The notes: generated by a model not told the origin, from the sequence alone. DNA of 64,000 nt from Macrostomum hystrix (GCA_950097015.1 CATNEN010000030.1:2170001-2234000), one strand, 5' to 3'. Counted from the first letter of the stretch, positions 47,271 to 59,709 are shown. Program-made: numbers and translations.

Positions 47271-48244
47271 ACCTGCCGAACGCCTATCCGTTACCATCGT
47301 TTCCGGCCAAGACAGCCTATGCATTCAAAACTGCTATGTCCCACCTGCCAGCTCCTGTCCTGCGGATTACCAGCTCGAACCTGCGTAGTCCTGGAGAATA
47401 CATCGGCCGGGACTCATCAGGTACTTCTGGTACATCTGGTACTGGTACCACTGCTCTTCGCCTTCTACATGAGTGACATCCTGGCTCCTCCTGTCAAGAT
47501 CCAGCTGACGCAGTATGCCGACGACCTCACGGTTTACACCAGAGGCCCTAGTGTCGAAACTTGGCAATCGTCATCCAACCGTACCTGGACCAGCTCTGTG
47601 ACTACCTCTCGAAGAAGGACCTTGCGCTGTCACCGACCAAGTTCTCCGCTACTCTTTTCACGAGCTCAAACCATGAGTTCAACGCAGCTCCGACGGGTCT
47701 TCCTTTGTGGAATTCCTGTCCCAACGGCTCACAAACCTAAGCTGCTTGGAGTCCCTTTCGACCCGCTGCTGAAATTTCACCTGCACGCCAAGGCCATCAC
47801 CGGTGGCATCAAAAGTAATGATAACATCCTGAAAGCCCTGTCTGGAAGCACCTGGAGACAAGATAAAGAGACTTTGCTCGTAACCTACAAAGCTATCTCC
47901 GGGGCCTACGTCAACTACTGCGCCCCCAGAGGGCGCCTTACCTCAGCCCCACTAGCTGGGCGCTGATCTGCAGAACTCAGCGCTCCGCATCATTACCGGA
48001 TGCCACAGCTGCTCGGGCATTGATTGATCATCTTCATGACGAATGTACCATCCTGCCGGTGTCCCTTCACTCCGAACTCCTGTCAGCGCAGTTCTGGGTG
48101 CAAGTGCTTTACCCATGCCATCCGTGTCATCACCTCTCGCTCGATCCGGCACCGCAGGTGACCAGGAGTCGCCTGCCACCTGCCCGCGGTGCCATGACGA
48201 GGAGGAGTCGGTCGCGTACTTTTCGCACACACACACACACACAT
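47271..48244 (+). mobile_element. 5'-truncated, frameshifted non-LTR retrotransposon (LINE): reverse transcriptase C-terminal part with a (CA)n tail
   Basis: PLLFAFYMSD, QYADDLTV, KLLGVPFDPLLKFHLH, LKALSGSTWRQDKETLLVTYKA and LQNSALRIITGC occur in shifting frames; ends in CACACACACACACACAC. Confidence 0.9.
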
Positions 48245-49470
48245 TAAATTGTCAATCTTCATTTTTGGCACCACGAATCTATCGCTATATCATTCAACTG
48301 TCTTTAATTCACTTCGACTAATTTATTTAAAAACGGATAATTTCAGTTATAAAGTAAAACCTATATTTCGCGAATTTAATTAATGTAAATTCCTAGAAAA
48401 GCATTTGCATGACTAGATATTTCTGGAAATAATAGAATGCTTCTCTAAAATGTTATGCTGCATGACCTGAATGTTATTCCGATGATTGACAGTTTGATAA
48501 GCGTATTATCGATTTAGTTCCAGCTAGCTGCTATCGTTGAGTAGTCGCCTCACATAGATTTGAAGCTTAAGTAAACATAGATTAACTAGCTCGGACAGGA
48601 ATGAGTTAGGTATGTGTTTGATCAGTTTACGAAATATCGTAGTATTACTACTTATAGTAGAATTGGCCATAAACTTGAGTTTCCAAAATTCTGCGGTGTT
48701 GGTTCTGATCTGACGTTGAGATCATAAACGATCAATAGTGAATTATTTAAATTTCTCAAACAACAAAGATTGATTTATCATTAAAGGTTTTCCACAAAAT
48801 CTCGCCTTATCTCTCGTGTTCGCACTCATTATCAACACATTCTCACATACTCATTGCTTCGTAACTGCCTCTATCTCCCTGTGCAACCCAGCCCACCTGT
48901 ACGATATTAAAAGCCTATGTTCGACCAGTCACCATGACCACCAGCCCGCCTGCTGTGCTCATGGCGCTATGCTCAAAGTACGCGGCTGGCAAGAGTAGAA
49001 CAGACTTGCCATCGCCCCTAGTGTCGCAGCAGTTATGAAATTCTCCCTTCAAATTTTTTCTGATAGACCAGGCCAAGACTGGAGGGAGGTGGCGGACGGG
49101 GTTGAAAGAATGAAAAAGCAGCAGAAGACGCATTGGTATGAAAGGAATTTCAATGCAGCAACCCCCCACTATTTCATTCTCTCTCTCCCTCCCTCTATCC
49201 AGTGCTCAACCAGTGCTCAGACAACCCCATGTAAAGGAGACCGTGAGCATATTGCCCGCTATCCAACAACAGACTCAACCCTCTCCAGCCAAGTCTTCTT
49301 CCAGTTTGGTTGTCAAGGCCTCGGCCTCTGCGGCTGACGCCCACCCCGCGCCCGCGAGACACCGCAGACTGAATGAAAGAGACAAGACAAGGAGCGGTTT
49401 TTGCGGCAGTCTGGAGCGAGCTGGCTAAACCTACTGGAGCCCTTGCGCTAAACTGCTCTGACTCTCCGGC

Positions 49471-52400
49471 ATGGAGGACACCGAGCTCTACCGCCTGATC
49501 TGCAGTCCCAGCAAGGTGAACTATGAGCGAGCTCTCAGCCTGCTAGACGATCTCGAATTGCCGGAGGTTCGCCGGCGCACAGCCGAGCAGCAGAACAGTT
49601 ACCTGCACCTGGTTGTGCTCAATCTCAAAGCTCTGGCTGCCAGGTGCGGCGGGGACATCCGGCCAGCCGTGCCGCTGCTGTACAAGCTGGCCCTCCGTGG
49701 TTGCGATGTCAACGCACAAAACCGGGTTGGCAACACAGCGCTGCACACAGCCTGTTTTAGACCGCTAGGAGACCGTCTGGTGCAGCACCTGATACGGCTG
49801 GGTACTAACACCTGAGATCGAATTTTTATTCTGTTTGCAGCGAGTCACGAATCGGTTTTCTTTTCTACCAATATCCAGGCATCGATCCGGGCATCACAAA
49901 CGAGATGAACTCTCGCGTCATTCACGACAATGCCCAGCACAAGGCCTGGCTGGTGCGCGGCCAGAAGGGAGCCAAGTGCAGCCTGTGGAGCGCTGGTAAG
50001 TTACCATTAGAAACTATCGATGCGATTTACCCGGAATTTTGAGTTATTTATAATATTGACCATAGCTGAGTAGCTCAAACAGCAAAACCGACGATTCCTG
50101 AGTCGTCGGTTCCTGAGTCGTCGATCCCTGAGTCTTCGAGACCTGAGTCGTCGATTCCTGAGTCGTCGATTCCTGAGTCGCCGATTCCCGAGTCGCCGAT
50201 TCCCGAGTCGCTGATTTATGAGTCGTCGATTCCTCAGTCGCAGATTCCTGAGTCGTCGATTCCCGAGTCGCTGATTCCTGAGTCGCCGATTCCCGAGTCG
50301 CTGATTTATGAGTCGTCGATTCCTGAGTCGTCGGTTCATGAGTCGCCGATTCCTGAGTCGCTGATTCATGAGTCGTCGATTCATGAGTCGTCGATTCATG
50401 AGTCGTCGATTCATGAGTCGTCGATTTATGAGTCGTCGATTCCTGAGTCGTCGGTTCCTGAGTTGCCGATTCCTGAGTCGTTGATTCATGAGTCGCCGAT
50501 TCCTGAGTCGTTGATTCCTGAGTTGTCGATTCCCGAGTCGCTGATTTATGAGTCGTCGATTCCTAAGTCGTCGATTCCTGAGTCGCTGATTCCTGAGTCG
50601 CCGATTTTTTAGTCGCCATGCTGAAGAGGTTGATTTACACCCACCTAGACCATTGCAAATACATAAAAGTGAATGAACTATGTATGGCCTACAAAATTAT
50701 CCTGTAGCAAATATCTCAGTAACCAATAACAGCTAATCTAAATGTTTTTACTGAGCTAGAAATCATTTATTTTTCGATTAACCATGCACTCAAACTCCTT
50801 CAAGTGTGTGACGGCATCTGGTTCGCAGGTAAAAGGATCGATTGGTATTGCATAGCCCAGCCTAAATGAAAGTTTTCATTCACTCGAGTGCACTGTAGTT
50901 TATGTTTTTTAATTAAATTTCAGTTTGTCTCTAAGTTGCATTTTCAACATCGCTATGCAGATCACTGGTCACTGATCACTGGAAGTCTGTCTATTGTTTT
51001 TTGTCTGAATTTAATGTTTTCATCTATAATGCACAATGAAATTTTGTATGTGTGAGCACCTGCACACTGAACTGGAGCAATGGGCAATTTTATGTGTCTT
51101 GCTTAATGGGCTGAGATTCGAACTCCTGACCTCTCGGTCAGAAGTCGAAAGCTCTTACCACTGGGTCTTTCTACTGTTAAGAGGCCTTCAATACGGTCTC
51201 TTTCTGCGAAAAATCTATTCAAAATACTACATTTTCAAGGTGTAAGATAACATTCGCCACGCTAGTTAGTCTAGAGATCACATCCCGTGCTTTCACGGAT
51301 AATGATTTTAAACTTTGGGTGTGATTTTATACAGAAAATTAGGCTGACATTTTAATACGACAAAGACTGACGGTGTGATATTCATATGTATTGCTGGTAA
51401 AAGTAATTGTCAGCAAAGATATTTACAGTCAAGCTGCTGTTTGCAGAAATGTTTTTTTATGACAAGATATTTTAAATTTGTTGTTTTATAGACGTCTTGC
51501 ACTTCATTTATGTGCATTTAGCATTTTCTGTATTTCGATTTCTATTTCTTAGCAAATATTTTCAACGAAAAGACGAATATATTTTTTTTCTACATTTTGT
51601 TTTGCATGCTATCGTAAGTTATTCAAGGGATCGTTGAGCTTTTTAATCAAGCAAGAAGGTGTTTTGAGGGGCTGGGTAGCGGGACGGTAACAAGCTCAGC
51701 ACCTGGTTCCTGAGGTCCTAGGTCTCCAGTACTAGGTCGTGCGGAATTCGCGTAATTGCCTCCTCGCTGGCTGCGGGTCTGCTGTCGCCTAGCAATGCGA
51801 CAATCAATAAATTATTTATATAAGGAATTTTTACCTGACACTTTTACGCGACAAATATAATATGCCATCTGTGCAGTGGCTCGCGAAGACAAGGAACTCA
51901 TGACTCGCTACCTGACGTCCTGGGTTCGAACCGAATGCCGACGTCGTCGCAAGACACTCATGGACCTGGCCTACGAGACAGGCAATTACGAGATTGTTGA
52001 GCTGCTGAAAAAGTACACAAGCACCAGTGAGCTGGTCTGCGCTGCCCTGGCCTGCGACGTCAAAAGGGTGCAACAAATGCTGGCTCTGAAGTCCGGTGAG
52101 TTGGTCTTGATACCTTGAGGTCTCGGGTTGGCATGGCCTGCTCATTGTAGGCATTAACAAACTAAATTTGCCCAACTACTGCAGACAAGCCCAACCTGCG
52201 TACCAAGGACACTTCGCAAAAGGTACCGAAGCCGCTGCTAGCAGAGGTGAAACAGCTGTCTGGCCTGGCTGGTGCTGACAAGGTGTACCAACTGCTCAAA
52301 GCTGCAGGAGCATCAGATGACGAAGATTATTTCAGTGAGAATTCTAATGACACTACTAATGAATTAATGAAGACACTACTACCAAAGCACACTTAAACCA

Positions 52401-55400
52401 GGGGGTTAATGGCAAAGCGGTTAACGCGTTTGCCTCACGCACCAAGGTCCCAAAGTTCGATTCCGCGGCGAGGCCACATTCATTTGGGGCGCAGTCACGG
52501 AGAGAAGGCTTGGGAGTTTGTCGTGCCATTTACGCCATTGAGGACCAACCTTCAAGGCACAGTGAAGTGTACACTGCCTGACGATGAGAAAGTCAGGGCA
52601 GATGTACACACTTGGGTGAGCGTGTGCTGTGTACGGTATCTGTGTGCATGTGTGCGCGCCCAGGCTCTGAAGCGTGCACTGTGACGCTGCCTTTTCCACC
52701 TGACAGCGTACTTTGTTGTTGTTGTTGTTGTTGTGCTCAGGAGTCAGCGAAATGGGCAGAATTGCCTCCTCGCTGGCTGCGTGTCTAGTGTCACCAAATG
52801 ATGTGCCACTGCCCGCAGCCCTCCAGCAAATAATATTAAAAGCACACTTAAAATTTTAACGAAAACTTCGCTTGACAGACCAACTGGAAATCAGCAAGCA
52901 GGCATTCAGAGCGGCAAAATTTGTGGCCCTGGTTGAAGAGATGTCAGCCGACAGCCTCATGGACGCTTGGCAACAATTGGACTCGCACCGGGTCGACCTG
53001 GATTGCTCCGATCCTGAGACTGGGGGCACCTATCTGCACTTCTTGGTGCAGCAGTGAGCAAAAAACATTTATTGAGAACATTTATTGTTGCGCGGAACAT
53101 TCGCGATGTTTATAGGAAGCTTCTGAAAACTGTCAATTAGATAATTCTGGTCTGATTTAAAACCTGGTTGCTAATAAGGGCTGCATAATTTGTTTGCAAT
53201 TGGTTTGTCTGCTGGAACTTAAAAAAAGAGAACTTATTCCCTTACAAATGTACGAACATTAGCATGGGGTATAAATTTGAGTGAGTGCATCCATCTTGTG
53301 TTCCGTCAAACAAATTTACTCTCGCAATTACGGTTATTTACAAATTCTTTAAAGAGGCCAACTAAAATCAATATTCCGCAGCTATCTGAAAACTGAGGAG
53401 CTGCAGCTGAAGCGCCTGCTGATCCGCCTGATGTACAAGGCCGCACTTGAAGGCATCGACGTGCACGCTCGCAACAACCAAGGCGAGACAGTCCTGCTGG
53501 CAGCCTACAGCCAGCCGCCTGACCGCATCCTTCTCGACCACCTTATCTGCTTGGGCGTTGACGCTTCCGTGCGCGCCAACAGCGGTCATGTGATCATGCA
53601 GAACACCTACGCCACTAGGGGCGATCTTGTACGCCAGCGTCGTCACACTCGACGCCTGCTGCCCGGGCTTCATGTGGCGGTGGAGGACGGCGATGCTGAG
53701 CGAGTGCGCCACTGGCTCGGCTGCCTCTGCCGAGTCAGCGTTGTCAAGAATGGTCGCAGTCTGGCTGAGTTGTCTCGCGACATTGGCGATGAAAGCATTC
53801 AGCGTCAGCTTGAAGACAGTCTGCACACGTGCGAGTTCGCGGCCGCCTCCATCGCTGGAGACGTGCGCCGCATGAAGCACCACATCGCCATGGGCAACGG
53901 AGAGAAGAAAGCCAATGCTTGCTATCGGTAAGTCGACAAGGCCTATCATGAAAATCAGTGCTAAAACCTGTCGGATTTAGCACTGCATGTACGAGCTATA
54001 ACAAATCACTCAAAAAGTAGAACAACGGAGGCAAATTCAAACTTTTGTTGCTTGTTAGCCGTATAATGATCCAATCAAATTCCAGCCACTACTTCGCCGG
54101 CTTCACTGACGACTGGCGTGCCGAATTCGTGCCCCGGCCTCTCATAGCCAGCGTGATGGAGTACGGCACAGCCGAGATCGCCAGCTTCCTGTTGCAGTTC
54201 GGTGCCAGGCTGGACGTCCAGTACGAGGAGTGCGCGCCCTGCGGACCCGTCGCCTTCTGGGCCTTCCGAGACGACATCGCCAGCGACGTCACTGAGGCGA
54301 TTGCTGCGCACGCCGACGTGCGGCTGCGCGATGAGCTCGGCCGCACTATCCTGCACGCGGCGGTGATGAAGGACGACAATCCGGCGGCGAAGTGCCGTGT
54401 CGTTGAGCAGCTCCTGTCGCGTGGTGCCAACGTAGCCGCCCGCGACATGCGTGGCTGGACGCCGAGAGACTACTGCACCAAGGGCGGCGTCGTCGGCGGC
54501 TCTCGCATCGGCCAGATCATCGATGACTTCGTGCTGAACCTATCCTACGTCGGCGATATTGATGCCATCGAGCAGCTCATAATCGATGGCTACGATCATA
54601 TCAACGACATTCGCGGAACGTCGCGAAACAAGACTGCCAAGGAGCTGGCCACGCTGCGCTACTACAAGGAGCTTCTCGAACTACTGGACGAGGAGCCGAA
54701 ATATCACGAGGAAATCCAGCTGATTCACACGGCCGTCATTAATGACGATCGCAAGAGCTTCGTGAAGTTTGCCAATGAGAAGCGCGTACCATTGGGTGTC
54801 GACCGGCGAGGCCGGAACCTGCTGCACATGGCCGTGCTCATGGAGAACCACGACATGGTGGCCGCCATCTGTGAGCAGTTTCCGCAGATGATCTACAAAG
54901 GCGACAATCTACTAAGGACGCCTGTGCACTATGCCGTCTGCATTCGCGACCAGCGAGCCACTCTCTCGGTCATCTCTACGTCAAACAGCGTCGACATGTC
55001 CGCCAGGGACGCCGTAAGTATGAAATTCAATGGAAGAGTACAAAAATTGGGGTGGGTGAGTATACCGTACACAGACTGAACTGCCTTTGGAAGCGCCACG
55101 CAATGATTGCGGCTGTGCCACTGTACATCTGTGCTCTGCACATCTGTGCCACTGTACACATCTGTGCTCTGCACATCTGTGCCACTGTACATCTGTGCTC
55201 TGCACATCTGTGTCACTGTACATCTGTGCTCTGCACATCTGTGCCACTGTACATCTGTGCTCTGCACATCTGTGTCACTGTACATCTGTGCTCTGCACAT
55301 CTGTGCCACTGTACAACTGTGCTCTGCACATCTGTGTCACTGTACATCTGTGCTCTGCACATCTGTGCCACTGTACATCTGTGCTCTGCGCATCTGTGCC

Positions 55401-56088
55401 ACTGTACAACTGTGCTCTGCACATCTGTGTCACTGTACATCTGTGCTCTGCACATCTGTGCCACTGTACATCTGTGCTCTGCACATCTGTGCCACTGTAC
55501 ATCTGTGCTCTGCACATCTGTGCCACTGTACAACTGTGCTCTGCACATCTGTGTCACTGTACATCTGTGCTCTGCACATCTGTGCCACTGTACAACTGTG
55601 CTCTGCACATCTGTGCCACTTTACGTTTAGCCCAAATGGGCTAGATGTCATTTCTGCTCTCTTTCTCAGCTCAATTCTACTCAATTGACACCGCAGAACA
55701 ATCTGAGTGTCCTGGATTATATTGACCAGCTGGATAGGCCCACTCCGACCAAGCTGAAGACGCGAGGCCGGCGAACCCACGACTACAAGGTAAGCGAGCG
55801 CCTTCTTGAAGTATGACTCCCAAGATGTCACCAGCTGAGATTCCGGAAAACTGTGGCAGTATAGGTGATTCACGTACTAGACGTGCTAAAGCAAGTCCGT
55901 GCATTTTTGCGCAGGTCGGTGATCTACTAGAGACCGAGCGCAACCAGACGCCGCAGTACTTGGCCAGGCTGGCTGCCGAGGTGGAGGCAAGAGCTGCTGC
56001 TGAAGAGGAGGCGGCGTTTGATCCGGAGCGAGCTGATCGCCTGGCGTCGCCGCGTCAGCTGAGCGGTGCCATCGACTCAGCGGCCTAA
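49471..56088 (+). CDS. Multi-ankyrin-repeat protein, 910 aa, 9 exons, no catalytic domain recognised
   Basis: Exons 49471-49801, 49879-49995, 51877-52095, 52185-52334, 52879-53053, 53382-53927, 54086-55013, 55697-55789 and 55915-56088, all GT-AG, total 2733 nt in frame. ANK motifs DVNAQNRVGNTALHTA, DELGRTILHAAV, DRRGRNLLHMAV, DNLLRTPVHYAV. Confidence 0.85.
50085..50615. repeat. Intronic minisatellite, 15 bp unit GAGTCGTCGATTCCT
   Basis: Direct tandem repetition in intron 2 of the ANK gene. Confidence 0.96.
51030..51175 (-). mobile_element. SINE family B fragment (head plus part of the core)
   Basis: GTGTCTTGCTTAA...GATTCGAACTCCTGACCTCTCGG...ACCACT resembles the family B copies. Confidence 0.55.
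52398..52838 (+). mobile_element. SINE family A, full-length copy with a 14 bp target-site duplication
   Basis: tRNA-like head with A box TGGCAAAGCGG and B box GTTCGATTCC; AAAGCACACTTAAA at 52384-52397 and 52839-52852. Confidence 0.92.
55110..55620. repeat. Intronic minisatellite, 31 bp unit CTGTGCCACTGTACATCTGTGCTCTGCACAT
   Basis: Direct tandem repetition in intron 7 of the ANK gene. Confidence 0.97.
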
Positions 56089-56946
56089 GCGGCATAGGCT
56101 GAGCACTTTTTTACCTGACTGACAATTTCCTTTGGATTAATTGAAGCAGAAAAAATTACTTGGAATGTATTTTTCTATTCGATTTATGGATTTTTACGCC
56201 CTATTATTTCGTTGTAATGCTATCACTGCACGTGCCGTGCATCAACTTCTATATTTACTGAACTTTGCATTCACCATGTCCTCTAGGAATAGAAAAGTTC
56301 GCGGTTCCAATCCCAATGTTAAGATTTTCGATAAACATTAGTTTATTGTTTTTTGTTGTAGTTTACCTTTGAAGATAATAGAAGTAAATTAGCAGAACTG
56401 CCACGGTCCCACGGTCAGACTGATAGTGCTGAGCAAATGCAAAAGATATTTTCATTGAAAAAATGTTACATTAGCTAAAATAGCTCATATCTTCTACATG
56501 TAATTAGAAACTTTTGCTTCAAAGGTTTTCCTGTTGTATTAGAATGTATGTACGCCCTTACTACTGGGCTAAAATCAGTTGTGATTTTCTGTAATATCGC
56601 CTTTTTATCAAATAAATTTTGTGACATAACTGGAACAAAGCGTCTATATTTTTGTACCACAATGCTTTAAGAAATAACTTCAGATATAATTAATAGCAGT
56701 TTTTTTCAAATTAAACGCCCCTCGAGGACATACCACTGCATGCTTTTAGCTTTATCTAACAAACAGTGTTGCTTCTACAGAATTTATACTTTAAAGCGTC
56801 GACAAGGAAGGGCCCATTTCATAATTACGCAGTGTCACCGCGAATGGGACAACTGGGTGCGATTTTAACTCAATCAGTCGACTGGTGTGCATCGGAAGGG
56901 AGAAAGCTTCGATTAATTAGAATTCTCAGTTCAGCCATCGCTACGC

Positions 56947-57285
56947 TCAGTAGGACTCAAACGGCCAGGCGCCAATCTCGTTACAGAACAGGCCATATCG
57001 GATGCACATTCGCAGTATCATGGGCATGTTTCTTTCGGCGCGCTTGTTAAAAAAGCCTCGCCGATTGATGAAGCCCCTCTTGTTGAAGTAGCCCCGCTTG
57101 CCCGGGACTAGACGCGCCGGCGATTGTCCGGCCTCCGTGATGGCAACGGATTCATCCCAACTGGCTAGCTCCGGCACATTTGGCGGCATTAGTGCCGCTG
57201 CCGATGCCTCCTGACCGAGACCCACGCAGGCGACTAAAGCAGCAACAGCCAGAAGCCAACTTAGTCGAACCAGCTGGGACGTCAT
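56947..57285 (-). CDS. Neuropeptide precursor, 112 aa, releasing GYFN, GFIN and GFFN tetrapeptides (achatin-like) plus a C-terminal C-x6-C peptide
   Basis: Signal peptide MTSQLVRLSWLLAVAALVACVGLG; KR-GYFN-KR-GFIN-RR-GFFN-KR; acceptor TTTCGACAG 9 nt before the ATG and a GTGAGT donor at ~57372 (5'UTR intron). Confidence 0.88.
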   Translation of the reverse strand: MTSQLVRLSWLLAVAALVACVGLGQEASAAALMPPNVPELASWDESVAITEAGQSPARLVPGKRGYFNKRGFINRRGFFNKRAERNMPMILRMCIRYGLFCNEIGAWPFESY

Positions 57286-58087
57286 GCTCGCTTTCTGTCG
57301 AAATGTAGTTTGATAGATAATAGTTTTTTCAGTTGATATTCAGAAACAAGACAGAATCTAGGAGATCACTCACCTTAGTAGCCAAGGTATGCTTTCCGCA
57401 GTTGTTGAAGCGTAGCAAAGAATTTCTGCCGCCTGGGAGGATACCTCGCTTTTAAAGGGAATTATTTTACCTCAGAAGCTCACAGATGCTTCCCCGATTG
57501 GAAAGCCGCGGATTGAGTCAACTGTACCCGCGGCAGCAGGATTTTGGCCGCAAGTCGCGCCAGATGCGCCAGGTTCAGTTTCAGTCTCTAGGTGCCGAGT
57601 TGGAGTGGAGACAACAGACGCAGGAGATTAATCAGCTTCTCATCCTCAGTGACTATCCGATGTTAGAAATTTAAATCTTTTTAAGACCCCATAGTCCGGG
57701 GTGGACATTTCCAAGTCCTGGTTTTATAAGGTAAGGTCCATTACCGGGAGTTCCGAATAAATTCTCATAAAAAAATATTCGAACTGACTCGGCAACTGAT
57801 TCCACCCACTCATTTTAGGCCGAGTAATTGAATTTCTATTCCTGGACATCTTATTGACTGGCGAATTGCAAGGCAGCTGACGAACAGTAAATAACCATTC
57901 GAAAGTATTGTTACTTATATTTAATACGAATGCTAACTATTTTTACTATACAAATACAATTGACAGTCTACTAGCAGTTAGCTTTATCCTCCTAAAATCC
58001 GTTGGACGAAAAATCTGGCATAAGTTGTGCCGAAATAGTAAAAAAATTCTTCATTTCGCTTCATCTCATTGGGCTTTCCGACCTCAA

Positions 58088-58345
58088 GAGGGGTTGTGTT
58101 GTAGCCTAGTGGTTACAGCGTCCGACTCACGAATCGAAGGTCGGGGGTTCGATTCCCGACAGCACTGGAACCACTTGTGTCCTTTTGTTCACCCTTTCCT
58201 TTAGTTTAGCTTGCCTATAGTATGCTTCTTTTCACCGAATTATTAAGAGGGTATTGGCTGGTGAAATTTAGGGTGGGTGTGGCGTCCACCCTCCAGTCCA
58301 TTGACTGAAAAGCCGTATGCAGCCTTCAGATACGCCACACACTAT
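58088..58345 (+). mobile_element. SINE family B copy with an intact tRNA-like head and a degenerate core
   Basis: TAGCCTAGTGG (A box), GGTTCGATTCCC (B box), then the 3' tail GGGTGTGGCGTCC...CAGTCCA.TGACTGAA shared with the other B copies. Confidence 0.8.
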
Positions 58346-58794
58346 CTGCGACTGTGCTGCCGGCTGCACATCTCAATGCATAAAAGCCCAAAAAATAACT
58401 GAACCGAATATCATAGCCTGGAGCAGTTCTTCTTGAATTTGCCGCGACCTAAATGGTGAACCCAAAATCTCGCCGCTGTCCATTCAACTAGTCCCTTTCT
58501 CGATGCAGCCATGTCGTCCACTATTGTTGGTCAGCATTGGCTCTGTTAAAGTTGCATTACCAAGGCTTGATAAACATTTCTCTCCTCGACTGTCTGCAAC
58601 ACTTTTAAATTGACCAACCTGATCCATTAAAAATGACACTTCTACGTTTTAGTATGTATTTTTTAGACATTGGATATGAACATAAAGCCCAGATCCTATT
58701 GAAGGATCTGGCCTCGCAATGCTTCTTGCTAGATTAGCTTGCTGGGGTTAAGCGCACTGATCAAGAAGTGTAGTCTAATAATAATAATTATAAT

Positions 58795-59246
58795 TGATTA
58801 CACCTGTCCCAATCGGGCCAGATGTGCAGCCGACAGCACAGCCGCAGCTATTGCGCGGCACATCTGAAGGCTGCGTACGGCTGTTCAGTCCATGGACTGG
58901 GGGGACGCCACACCCACCTTCAATTATCCCAGCTAATGCTGGTACTCATTTAACAGCTGGGTGAACTGAAGCAATGCAGAGTTAAGTGTCTTGCTAAAGG
59001 ACACAAATTGATTGAGTGGAGTCGAGAATCGAACCCCCGACCTTCAAGTCGTAAGTCCGACGCCCCAACCACTAGGCTACAACCTCTAATGTCTTGCTAA
59101 AGGACACAAATTGATTGAGTGGAGTCGAGAATCGAACCCCCGACCTTCAAGTCGTAAGTCCGACGCCCTAACCACTAGGCTACAACCTCTAATGTCTTGC
59201 TAAAGGACACAAATTGATTAAGTGGAGTCGAGAATCGAACCCCCAA
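58795..59246 (-). mobile_element. SINE family B (CORE-SINE) copy whose tRNA head is tandemly repeated with a 103 bp period
   Basis: Minus-strand core TGTGTCCTTTAGCAAGACACTTAACTCTGCATTGCTTCAGTTCACCCAGCTGTTAAATGAG resembles the MIR CORE; repeat starts at 58988, 59091 and 59194. Confidence 0.88.
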
Positions 59247-59709
59247 GAATTAACTTGGGGGTTGATTGTCGAATAAACCAAGAATTTTAGTTAAGCCTCA
59301 TGGCATAAAACAAAAACAGCGCTGAAAAAGTGTGTAAATGAGCTATCGCAAGGCTAGATGAGTTTAAAAATGTGCACCTCAGTCACTGCCGCCCGTTTTC
59401 TCTATTCAGTATAACTAGAGCATTATCGCATGTACATTTGTGCACATAGACAGACAAGCTGTTTCCTTTCCTCGGTAGGACTGACTATCTGGTTAGCCTT
59501 GCCTGAAGAGACAGTTTAAATAGAACACGTGTAGCTAAGAATTATCAGCTAAATTTATTTATTTTATGCTCGTATAAACTGACTTTTAAGACCATGAGAA
59601 AAACTATTTCTGAATTTCAATGAAAACGCCTTTTTCAGTTTAAAAAGTACAAAGTGGTGAGTTTATCTGCGTTTTACGAGTATTATTTTACATAAGTCAG
59701 ATAGAATTC

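Noticed and set aside
58095-58170. Possible tRNA-Val genes (also 59020-59190, 60490-60555 and the head at 52401)
   Set aside because: A and B boxes are present, but I could not form a proper acceptor stem and each continues into a shared SINE body
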